Assembly: GCF_009914755.1 (NCBI RefSeq)
Contig: NC_060947.1
DNA from: the human T2T-CHM13v2.0 reference genome, Homo sapiens
Direction: 5' to 3' (one strand)
DNA length: 64,000 bases
Under the pieces are notes generated by a model. That model did no database searches, was not told where the DNA came from, and was given only the letters and a program-made list of their open reading frames with translations. A program made the translations under genes and the position numbers. Below, piece by piece: positions 1 to 11,686 of this stretch; within the stretch, counting starts at the first letter, position 1; every line of letters starts with the position of its first letter.

Positions 1-388
1 TCGAGAGGCTAAATATACAAATATAGATTCTTGCACTTTCATAGGTTCTGTTTGCTGACTTGAGTTGCTGCAATGGTTCTTTTATGATTCCTTGCTGTCT
101 TTTCAATGTTGGTATGAATATATGGAGCCCTACATAGTTTGAATCAGGTGTAACAAGGACATCATCTCTGATTTCCCCACCCCTTTCAATTTCCTTCAAC
201 GGTTTTGTCTCCAGAATAGATTGCCTTTTCCACTTCTTCAAAGGGATATACCTCACTGAGAAGGTTTCTACTAATTTACGTATCTTAGATAATATAAGGC
301 AGATTTTTGAGACCCAGTGGGGATTGGCCTTGGGAACTTCTGCAGAGAACCTACCCCAATCTGAATGCAGAATTAACCTCTTTTTATA

Positions 389-393
<5 letters not shown>

Positions 394-422
<29 letters not shown>
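394..422. repeat. (TA)14 microsatellite
   Basis: Read directly. Confidence 0.95.
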
Positions 423-425
<3 letters not shown>

Positions 426-1043
426 TTTAAAAGGTAATACAGGAGCATTACAAAAATTTTTGGAAAACACAGAAAAATAGAAAAACAAATCACCCACATC
501 TCACTCCCTCGCCTCCCTCTGAAGACTATATTTACTTTTTGGTACATTTGCTTCCTTCCAGTCTTCTTCTTATGCATCTGTTTCATGTAGTTCAGACTTA
601 CGTTTATATGATTTCATACATTTTCCTTTCATAATAAAACATTTTTCAGGTTATTACAAACCTTTTGTAAACATAACTGTAATGGCTGAGTAATATTTCT
701 TCATGTGGCTATTGTCTCAATCCCTTCTCCCCATTTTTTGATATTTCATTTGAAGGAATGCCTTGTTAGTTTGTGTGAGCTTGAGGAGTTGTGCTACTCT
801 TCTAGAGGATTCTGACTACTGGTGTGTTTTCAGAAAAGGCATCGTGATGGAGAGGAATGAGCTCTAGGCTTGTAGCAGAAGACATGGGTTCAAATTTTGA
901 GTTTTTAATAAAGCTTTTAAACTTCATTTGCTCATTGTTCTTTTCTGATCCGTTTCCTCAGTTGCAAAATGTCATAACTTATGCATAATCTTCAAGTTTC
1001 CCTTGAGTTGAAACATTCTATGATAAGATTATGTGTTTTCCTC

Positions 1044-1506
1044 TTGACTTGTTTGAGTTCCTTATATATTCTGGTTATTAAATCCTTGTTGGATGGATAG
1101 TTTATAAATATTTTCTCCCATTCTGTAGGTTCTCTTCACTTTCTCTGTTTCCTTTGTTATGCTGAAGCTTTTTAGCTTGATATAATCCCATTGGTCTATT
1201 TTTTTTTTTTTTTTGCTTTTGTTGCCTGTTCTTTTGAAGTTTTATCAAAAAAAAAAAAAAAAAAATCTTTACCCAGACCAATATCCTGTAGTGTTTCCCT
1301 GATGTTTTCTTTTAGTGGTTCCATAGTTTCAGGTCTTAGATTTAAGTCTTTAATCCATTTTGAGTTGACTTTTTTGTATGATGAAAGACGGGAATCTAGT
1401 CTCACTCCTCTGCATATAGATTTCCAGTTTTCCCCGCACCATTTATCAAAGAAACTGTCCTTTGCCCAAAGTATGTTCTTGGCACCTTTGTCAAAAATGA
1501 GTTGGC
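1044..1506 (-). mobile_element. LINE-1 ORF2 fragment, inverted 5' part of an L1MA/L1PB-class insertion
   Basis: Minus-strand ORF 1196-1630 contains L1 ORF2 motifs ([25 protein letters not shown]; [14 protein letters not shown]). Confidence 0.92.
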
Positions 1507-2545
1507 AACAACTCAATAGTAAGAAACAAAACCAAATAATCTGACTAAAAATGGGCAAAAGACCTGCATAGACATTTCTCAAAAGAAGACATACAAATAG
1601 CCAGCAGGTATGTGAAAAGATGCTCAACATCAGTAATCATTAAGAAAATGCAAATCAAAACTACAATGAGATATCCTATCATCCCAGTTAAAAAGGCATT
1701 TATCTAAGAGACAGTTAGAATGGTTATTATAAAAAAAAGACAACAAATAGCAAATGCTGGTGAGGATGCAGAGAAAGGGAAGTGCTCATACACTGTTGCT
1801 GGAAATGTAAATTACTACAGCCACTGTGGAAAGCAGTATGGAAGTTCCTTACAAAACAACAGAACTACCACATGATCCAGCAATCCCACTGCTGAGTACA
1901 TACCCAAAAAGAAAGAAAATCAGTATATTGAAGACATCTGCACTCCCACATTTAGTGTAGCACTATTCACAATAGCCAAGATATGGGATCAACCTAAATA
2001 TCTATCAATGGACGAATAGATAAAGAAAATGTGGTATATATACACACAATGGAATATCATGCAGGCATAACAAATGAAATCTTGTCATTTACAGCAACAT
2101 GGATGGAACTGAAGGTCATAGGTTAAGTGAAATAAGCCAGGCACAGAAAAACAAATATTGCGTGTTTTCACTCATATGTGGTAACTTAAAAAGTGGATCT
2201 CATGGAGATAAAGAATAGAATGGTGGTTAGCAGAGGCTTAGAGGTAAGGGGAGGTGGACTATAAAGAGAAGTTGGTTAATGGGTACCAAAATACAATTAG
2301 AAAGAAGGAATAAGTTCCAGTATTCAATAGTACAGTTAGGAGACTATAATTAATAATTTATTGTGTTTAATAATAATTTAAAATAGAAGAACTGGAATGT
2401 TTCCAACACAAAGAAAAGATAAATATTTAAGGTGATGGGTATCCCAATACCCTGATTTAATCATTACATATTGTATACAGGTATCAAAATATCAAATATC
2501 AAATATACCCTCAAAATATATACTGGTATTATATATCAAAAAATT
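1507..2545 (+). mobile_element. LINE-1 ORF2 end and 3'UTR (L1MA/L1PB-class)
   Basis: Typical L1 3' sequence (gacatttctcaaaagaagacatacaaat; gcactattcacaatagccaagatatgg; atggatggaactg; ttacatattgtatac) ending in an A-rich tail. Confidence 0.92.
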
Positions 2546-5500
2546 TTTAAATGTTTTTAGTCAAAATTTTTTATTCTGTTTTCAGCAATTTTTAAAATTT
2601 TACATGTCAATGAATCAATATTGATATTGACGTTTACATGTTAATGCTTCAGCATTTATAGAGGACATGGTTATATAGTTCAAAGTGTCAGGAATTGCTA
2701 CCTACATTTTTTGTCAGTAGGCATACTCTTCGGCACCTGGGACCTCTAAATGAACTCTTTACAATTTTTCTATATTATCCCCAGTTTGTATAGAAAGCCT
2801 CTGTTTACGCATCACAATAGCCTACATACTCTGAACCAAATTAATTGCTGACTGAGGTACTTTGGATGTCCAAGAGGAACACTAGGCCCTTTCCTAATGG
2901 ACTTATTGTTAGAAGTTTCTTCCTTATTTTATGTTTTTTTAAATAAATCTCACAGAGATTATAAACTTCTTGTTCCCATAAATGGTCCTGATGCCTGTTC
3001 AACCTTTAAAAAATGTTAACTATAAACAAAATTACTGCAGAAAGTTTCTATCATCTTTTTATCAGTGAACTTCTAGAAACTACACTTTGGTGAGTGCTAT
3101 GTAATGGTTCTAACTGGCTGCTTGGAGGCCTGTAATAAAGGTTAATGCACTGAAAAACCTACTCATTTAAAATATGCTTTTGGTTAAAAGCAGACACTTT
3201 GGCCAAAACTGGGGCATGTGAAAATGGAAAGAAAATACTAGGTAACATTTCCATTCTTCATTAGCTCTTGAATATGAGATCAAAAGATTTTCTTCACACT
3301 CACATTTGCCTCTGACGCATTCGAGGTGAATGAGAAAAGTAAGCAAAAGTTTTGTCTGCTTCAGAGATAGAATATGGTTGCCATTTGACCTAGGTGAAAC
3401 ATTTTCCCATACACAATCCAGCAGATCAGAATGGGGAAGGCAGGATTCTATCGTGATAGAAGATTTGGGGAGGCAGAAGGGGGGGCTGCATGTAGGACTT
3501 TACATATGCTACGTCAATGACACCATGTTGGAGAAAACACACATTACTAATGAGGATACTAGAAAATGAAAGTACAGCCAGAACATTTCCCATCCTAGAG
3601 CCTGTGGCCTTCTTTTGGGTTTTATTTTTTAACTGAGAATTACTTTGCCACCTTACACTCAATAGTGCCAGTATAATTTGTTCCAGGAAGGCATGCTTTA
3701 AATAAAGTGAATTGCATGTGCTTTCCAAGTAGAGCTGACCATTTTCTCTTTCAAGCAATGGTATGGCAAAGTGTCTACTTAACCTGGGACCTTAAACTGG
3801 GAGCTTAATGAACACTTCTTGAAGATAGTTGATTACACAGATAATCAATCCTCAAAAAAAGTAAATCATTCTCTTACAGAGTATTGGATGGAATTTTCAT
3901 TTTTCTCCAAAGCATAAGTTTTTCCTTAATTTATGGTTCAAATGATAAGTATTTTAAAACATAAAATGGTATAAGATGCAGTGGCTTAAGATTTCAAGAC
4001 TGCATAATTTGAGTTTCAATTGAGACTTGGGGGATCTTCTTATGGTTTTGATTCATATAACTAGCTGTGCAATCTTGGTGAGTAACCTGAGCCTCCACTG
4101 GACTATAGATAATCAATAAGGTTCCTGGTAGTGCTGATATTCTATGATATTTTAAAAAACCCTATATGCTGGCAGAAAAGAAAAAGGCTATCTTGGGGCC
4201 ATCACCCTGCTGAGAAATGTACATGACTAAAATGTCATCACTGATAAGTAAAGTCTCAAAGCATGGCCAGTTGACCTAAGAAGATGCTATTGAGTGAGGC
4301 ACAAGTGCGACACCTGGAAGTGCAGCTGGGTGAGGGATATGGCCCTCTTCCAAGCTGTGGTCTCTCAGAAGATTGTGAAAGCATTTTGGCCTGGTTGGAT
4401 CCCTCATAGCAATGCAAAGTAGACTATGGGGTGGAAATGGGCAGGCACTTTTTTGCCTGTTCACAACAGATCCCATTATCATTGGTGGTGGGTCCAGAGG
4501 CATCTCATTCATTGGGGAGGTTGCAGGTTTATGGAAGAAAGAGCCTGAGGGGGGCCATTGGGGTAGTGGTGGAAAGTCTCCTCAGCCATTTAACTGTTAC
4601 AATCCAGGCCAACTCTGGGTCATCCTGATCATCCAGATCTGGTTTGACCTTTGTGAAAGGAGGAAGGATGAACCACCTAGTGGCAGAGAAGCATGGCCTC
4701 TTTGGAGCAGCAGTTCCCAGGAGGTGAAGTGATTAGGCAAAAGTTCTGGAGGCTGAGGCCTCTGCTCTCCTTTCACCCACAGAACAACACAGCCTAATTG
4801 TATCTCTGATGGCCATCACTGAGCCCAAGCATCAAAGCGTTCAAGAATAATTCAGAGCTTGAGGGGCTTACTGCATTCCATTTCCTGAAAATAAAAAGGC
4901 AGAAGCAGCTAAAAGTTGACTTTAGGCAGTCATTTCATTTCTATTAATGACACCGCCGAGGATTTTATTGTTAGCAACTTATTAGAAAAATAAAAGTTTC
5001 TCACGATGCTAATAATCAGGATGCTTTAAACAAAGACACTGATTTAAATCCCTTTAAATGTTTCAGTATGAAAATCAATGATCTGAACTCCCTCCAAAAA
5101 ATGATTACCACGTAGAAAGAAGTTTATATATCTTAATAAATATTACTTTAAAAGCATGAAAACTTGCAACTGGAACCCATGCCTGGTTAATATATACCCT
5201 TTTGTAAACAAACTAACAACAACAACAACAAAAACTAGAATAAAACATCCAAATATAGCTAGTACACTTAGCACTGCTGATGTCACCTAATGGGGAAGCC
5301 TCTAAGACATCAGCTCCAGGGATGATGAGAGCACACATTTATCTGGGGCTTTTTACCATTTACAAAGCACTCTCATATACATTAGGTTTCCTCTCTGGCC
5401 ACTGGAAAAATGCTTGACTTCCCTCTGGAATCCAGTCCTTCAGCTCTGTATAGCTGGCTCCAGGAAGAAACTGTTGGCAGCCACACTGCTGAATGGGTTG

Positions 5501-6360
5501 ATGAGAGCAGCCCAGGGATAGCACTCGGAGCTCCAGGAAGTAGATTTCTCAATCACCATATCAGACATGGAGATTATTGATCTGGGCAATTCAGATGACT
5601 CTTCACTTTGCCTCCCTCATCATTATAAACTACCAATCTGCATTTGGCCATGGACTGGAGGTTATATAAAGGGACTTCAAATCAAGGAGCCATAGAATGC
5701 CAGAGCTGGACTGTTTCCCACTTCCTTAATTTATACACAAGAAAATGGAGCCCTCAAGAAGTTAGAAGAACTAGCCAGGGATTCGTCGTTGCATAGCAGC
5801 ATAGTCATATGCAGAAGATAACTCCCTGTGGACACCTTACAGCCCACCAACATGTGTTCCCCAACAGTTGGCCAAAGAGGTTTCTTAGCCCTAGATTTAT
5901 AATCTCCAGGAAAAAGCCCCATCTGAGTCTTCTTAAATGATGAAGCAAGAATTGCTCCACCGTATTCTTGCTTCCTGTTGCCTATTAGATTGACTTTCAT
6001 TAATACAAGGGCATGGCTCAGTCAACTGCCTTCCTCCAATTCAGCCACAGTTGAGATCAGGGAAATTGCACCATGAGAATTTTTTTTCTAATCCAACAGT
6101 TAACTGATGCCACTTCAGTCCCAAACTCCCAGGGTATTATAGTTCATCAGGGTGGCCCTGAGACTATAAACAACAATGTGGTAAGTAGAACAAGCACTGG
6201 ATTTCATGCCCAGCCCCAGCTGCTCAGCTGTCCCACCATGTGCCCTTGGTGAAATCACTTTAACTTGTTTCCTCTACTGTCAAATGGAGAGTACGGTTAA
6301 TTCTCTGCTTACCTCTCAGAGCTAAAGTGAGATGAAATACTTTGTGAATGCACAATGGGG

Positions 6361-6615
6361 GTAGTATGGCAGTGTGGATTAGTACATGGGCTTTGCCAGC
6401 AAACGAGCTTGGGGACAAAACCTGGCTATGGCACTTATGAGCTCTGTGACTTTGAGTAAATACTCAGATTCTGTGAGCCTTGGCTTTCTCCTACAAAATA
6501 AGTAAGTACAATACTAGTATCTACCTCAGAGAATCATGCTGAGGAGTAAATGAAATAATGTATATACAACGCTTAGTACTGTGCCTGGTATATAGAGGCT
6601 CAATCAATGTTATCT
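6361..6615 (+). mobile_element. MIR, near full length (a second MIR lies at ~6175-6350)
   Basis: ctgtgactttgagtaaatact...ctgtgagccttggctttctc...cttagtactgtgcctggtatatagaggctcaatcaatgtta. Confidence 0.8.
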
Positions 6616-7114
6616 CTTTTATGGTTATGCTAAATATGTAAAAGGAATTACAGCAACATATCATCTAAAATCAGAATAACGTGACCTTTCAAATACCATA
6701 AACCTAATGAAGCAGATGATTGACATAAGGTCAGATGGTGTTTGATATTTAGGACTTCGTAGGAATCCAGAGCCAGGGACTTTAGAAGAGCTCTGAAATG
6801 GGATCATTACCTATGATAACCAGAAAACTCAAGTATAGGGTCTTTCAATCATGATGCATGATTGAGATCCAAAGTATAAGTGGTAGAAACAGGAGTTGTG
6901 AAAAAAAATTACATATGCATATTCAGGAAGTTCAGAGAATTGTCCTGACCCAATTTGAAATCAACTCCTGAGATTGCTACCTATACAGAAGCTGGTTAGA
7001 TAGATCCTGGAAGGGTCTACTATGTGTCAGATACCATCCTAGGCTTTGATGACATAGACTCAGGCCCTGCCCTCATAAGGCTTACAGTTTCTAGGGAGAA
7101 CTGAGATTGAAATA

Positions 7115-7413
7115 GGCTGAGCACTGTGGCTCACGCCTGTAATCCTAACAGTTTGGGAGGCCGAGGCGGGTGGATCACTTGAAGCCAGGAGTTCGAGACC
7201 AGCTTGGCCAACATTGTGAAACCCCATCTCTACTAAAAACTACAAAAAAATTACTTGGGCGTGGTGGCGTGTCCCTGCAATCCCAGCTACTGGGGAGGCT
7301 GAGGCAGGAGAACCTGGAAAGCGGAGGTTGCAGTGAGCTGAGATCGTACCACTGCCCACTGCACTCCTACCTGGTTGACAGAGTGGGACTCCGTCTCAAA
7401 AAAAAGAGAGAAA
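7115..7413 (+). mobile_element. Alu (AluS-like), full length
   Basis: Dimeric Alu with A-rich tail; TSD AGATTGAA(A/G)TA at 7104-7114 and 7414-7424. Confidence 0.95.
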
Positions 7414-10400
7414 AGATTGAAGTATTTCTTTAGAAGAATCATTCTGGACATTGCAGCCCATGTGTGGAAACTGCCCCAAATTCAGAGTCATGTCACTCCA
7501 TTCTAAACTCATGGCAGCACCAAGTGGCTCTGTCAGAAGAGGAGCCACGGTTATGAAAGGTGGTAGTCCCCATGGTGCCCATGGAATTCTTTCCAGCAAG
7601 CTTCCCCAAATGAGCTGTAACCTGGATCGTAATTTCTTCCTAGAAAGTAAGTCAGCCTGACAGCATACCAGGTCAGAAACAAATGCTTAATATTTTAAGT
7701 GGAAATCTGTGGTGTGACATGATGACATGTGTATCACACGTTGTCAATTTGTTCATTTCCTGTAACTGACATGCACAGTGCAACTTTCTTAAACTAATCC
7801 TAATTTTTAGACACTACCCGAACCTGCATGACAGTGCCTTTAGTACGACTGTACAAATGGAGGATTTCAAGTTCTTTGAAACAAAGATTAGTACCTGGAG
7901 ACTACAAATTAAACTCCTTTAAAAGTAATTCAAGTCAAAAATCTCACTTTAGAAAATCTGAAAATCAGCATTTCTATAAAACCAATCCCTCTTAAAAACA
8001 ATTTCTGGTTTTATCTCAGTGGATTGGGGCATGGAGTCTCAGTTTTGATCCTTTCCTGTCAGAAAAGATGGCTTTCTGTTGGCCTACGGGTTCTCCCAGT
8101 AGGTTCCTTTTGGTTGGGGTTTTGTGACTAGGGGAAATTGGTGAGGCACTGGCAGGGGTGGGGGAGACAGTCAGAATGGGAGAAGCCAACAGAGGGAGAA
8201 GGGTCAGAGGGAGAGAAGGTTGTGCCTGCAGTTTCTAAAATATTCGGTTGAACTGAGAGTTCTGAAACTGGGGCCTGAGGTGGGTTTTGCTAGGTAAGAA
8301 AGGAGCTTTTCCAGCCAAAACAAAGGCATTAGGCTGGTGAGGGGGAGTATTCCACCATAGCTAAGATGCCATAGTGAGTGGAATGAGAGGGAAGCAACTG
8401 GATCCCCACCACAGGCTAGATGACAGCTAGATGACCCCAGTATGACAGCAGCAGTGGGCCCTCCCTCCAGATAGCCTTTTTATTTCCTCTTGCTACTGCC
8501 CTCCATGCAAAGTGCTTTCTCCACCCTCCTGCTAGCTTTTTGGTGGAGGAAGCATGGCTTGGATCCAGCATCCTGCCCACATGTTTGAGGATTCATTGAA
8601 GAGCTGAGTTCTAGGGCCCCTGGCCCCATCAGAGCCACGGATGCACAGAGTGAGGAGGAAGGGAGAAAGCACACCTTGGATCAGAGAAGACAAAGCTTCT
8701 ATCTTGCTCAGTAGCTGATGCTCAGTGAGCAGGTGCCAGGCCCGGGCCAAGAGGCCTCAGGGACAGCCTGGCCCCTTCAGTGTTGCCTGTCTTAACCTCA
8801 TCTCTGTTTGAGGAGAGTGGCTAGGAAGTGGGGGCTCCTTCCACCCAACCCAACCTTCCTGCTTGGTTTTGATCTCAGGAAGGGAAAGCCCCTGCCCCTC
8901 TTTTGAAGCAGCAGCCGGCACCACTTGTCTCTTCTCTCCTTCCCGCAGGCACTTCTGTTCATAGTGCTGCCTCTTGCTGGCTCCTTCTGCTTCTGCTTGG
9001 TCCTCCTGCTGATTGGGAAGAAAGTGCACCAGTGAGGTGATGGGGGGCTGGAACTCTTAAAGGGGCAGCTTTATTTCTGTTGAAAATTTGTTTGCCTAGC
9101 ATGTTATTTTTTTTTCTATCTTTCCCCATTAAATACAATTTTGTGAGAAAAGTAAACCAGAAATAAAGTGACCATAATCACCATTTAAATGTTAATTGTA
9201 GGTGTTCTGGCTTTCCTCTAAGGATTTTCAAGCAGATCAAGTACTAATGCTGGCAACCATCATCAGCAATCAAATCCAATTTGAGGATTTTTTACTGAAG
9301 GCATAAAGGTCGGGGGCCACAGATCTGAGCGAGGCCGTCCTTGTTGCTTTAAGGGCTCTCAGTCCAGGGCTGAATACTAGAATTCCATGAATAAATAAGT
9401 CACAGAGATAATTTGAAAATCCCCAGCACCATTTTTGCCAATAACTGTTTCTCCATAGAGTCTTTTTGACCAGAGGAGTTTACAGGTAGCCAAATCTACA
9501 AGCCACTTTGAGATGTCATCTCCCCTTGGCTGCCCACTGGTTGATTTTCCATCAGTCAACCAGCATCTGTTGAGGACTTGGTCCCATGCAAAGTAAATAG
9601 ACATCTAAGCAAAGTCCCAGTGGATGCTTGAGTTGCAGAATCTTAGAGCCTTGTTTCTCTATGTTAATGATGTGCTTTCTTTCCCCCCGTAAAACAATGT
9701 GAAAGAGACCAGACCCTGGGCCCCTTGTAGCTCAAATGCTGAAGTCATTCATGCTTGGAGCTGAGGCACCTTCTACTGGCTCCAGCCCTGGAAGAGCTTC
9801 CCAGGTTCTAGGTTCTAATCTGGGATCCCCCTCTAGGGGAAATATCAGATCTTGAGCATTTTAATGTCTTAGGGTCTCTGTTTCTTCAGGAAAAAAATGA
9901 AGTTAAAAGGTATTTGGATGATTTTGGTAATATGAGATAATACTGTAGAAGCATATTCAAATAGAAGGGAGAATGTCAGAGAAGTATGAGCCAGAGGGCT
10001 GCTGGGTGTTTTATGGAGAAACTGAGGCCCAGATAAGTGACTTGCTTGGAGTCACACACAGAGCTACCGGCACCCTGCTCTGTCAGGGCTCAGTCTACTG
10101 TCCTTCCCAAGAGAGTTCTAGCCTTAGGATTTGAATAATGTGCCAATACTATTCCCTCTGTATAACGACACGAAGAAGGCAAATTACATGCCTAGGACTC
10201 CAGAATGCTCATGTCCTGAAATGCCAGAAAGCGGTCCCGCCCCTTCCCACAGACCTTTCTCTGCACGGAGGCCAGGGAACCTTTCCCTCCAGGGAATTGG
10301 CTAAAGGGATCCACCCCTTCCTGGATCAGAGGTGGAGGTTGAAGGGAGTAGGAGGCTCGGTTAAACCCTCCACGTGCAGAAAGAGAATTTCAGGCCAGAA

Positions 10401-11185
10401 GGGAGACGGGCAGCCGGTGCGTGGGATACTGGGCACACACCCAGTGGTTTTCCCATTTCTCAGAGGAGGAGCTAGCAGAAGTCTTTTGCTCAAGGCACCT
10501 GGTGACCGTGCGAGGAAAGTGACAGTGGAACCCAGTTTAACAGTATCCTAACCCCGAACTCAAGGACCACGCAAGGGCAGTCATTTGTTCCTATCCTTGC
10601 TGCCCACTGAATCCAGGGCCTATAGCTCGCTGACCTACTAGGTGCGCGCCTAAAGGCATGCCTGGAGGGCCTGGGTGCGGGCACGTGGAGCCACGGGGCT
10701 GGTGAAGGTGACCGCCTTCTCCTTCCTGGACCCGCGTGCTACGCACTACAGACCTGAGGGATGCTCAGGCCCGCAAAGTTTGCTCCACTACTCGGGGGCT
10801 CAAGGAGCTGTGCTTGAGGTGGCAGGGGGCGACCTTCAACCCCACGGCTGTTTGTGCTGTCTTTTCTAGTTCAAAACTAATTCCCAGTGGTGGGGGTGGG
10901 CTGGGCTTCAGAGAGGGGTCCCATTCCCGAAGCCCGCGTCCTGGTCCCGCCAGCCCACCTCCTGTATCCCTGCCACGGCCCCTGCGTCCCGGGTCCGGGT
11001 CCGGGTCCTCAGCTCTGTGGCCGCTCCCACTAGCTGATTTTGACAGTGGGGGGTGGGAGAGGGTTCCCGAAAGGCAGGGGCGGGCGCGGCGAGCCCCTGC
11101 CAGATCCGGGGATGATAACGTGCCTGCTCCATGTCGCGGCTTCTAGCTGTCCAGGCTCCGCCCCCTGTGAGTGTGTAAGTGTGTG

Positions 11186-11223
11186 ATGCTGCCGCGGCCG
11201 CCGCCGCCGCCTGTGCAGCCGCT

Positions 11224-11273
<50 letters not shown>

Positions 11274-11380
11274 TGCCGCCCCGGCTGCCGCGCCGCGCCG
11301 CTGCCTCTGCCCCGGCCGCCCCCGCCGCCGCTGCCGCCGCCGGCCCGCAGCCAGCCAGGCGGGCGGCCCAGCCCGCCTGA
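11186..11380 (+). other. Candidate ATG-initiated poly-proline uORF (64 aa) spanning the GCC repeat
   Basis: ATG 11186 to TGA 11378-11380: MLPRPPPPPVQPL-P16-LPPR... Translation unproven and depends on TSS position. Confidence 0.35.
11191..11341 (+). repeat. FRAXE GCC/CCG trinucleotide repeat region; pure (GCC)16 at 11224-11271 flanked by GCT-interrupted and degenerate units
   Basis: Counted directly: 48 nt of pure GCC between GCT at 11221 and GCT at 11272. Normal-range allele. Confidence 0.96.
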
Positions 11381-11545
11381 GCCCGCAGCGGCTGCCGCCG
11401 CAGCGTCGGGTCGCTGGGTGCGCGGGCTACCGCGGACCGAGCGGACCCGAGTGGGCGACCAGGCGCTTGCCCGCCCAGTGCCACTGCCGCCGCTTCCTCG
11501 CCGGAGCACAGGACCAGACACCTCCAGCGCCCGCTGCTGCTGCCG

Positions 11546-11566
11546 ATGCGGCCCGGACACTTTTAG
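11546..11566 (+). other. Short uORF MRPGHF* in the AFF2 5'UTR
   Basis: ATG CGG CCC GGA CAC TTT TAG, ending 120 nt before the main ATG; weak Kozak (ccgATGc). Confidence 0.55.
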
Positions 11567-11686
11567 CTGGGCGGGAGGGCTGGAGAGCCGGGGGCCGCCG
11601 AGAACCGCCAGCGAGCTGTGCCGAGAGCCGCGCCGACCCGCTGCGATCAGGGACAGGCGCCCGCCCGCCGCCGCCGCCTGGCCGCT

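Noticed and set aside
1191-1630. ORFs of 117 and 144 aa
   Set aside because: Decayed L1 ORF2 sequence crossing an inversion junction; not a gene.
7500-11100. Location of the reported antisense FMR3 transcript
   Set aside because: Its exons cannot be delimited from sequence alone; minus-strand AATAAA hits (e.g. 9070-9075) are not diagnostic.
11224-11271. Pathogenic repeat expansion
   Set aside because: Only 16 pure GCC units, which is a normal-range allele.
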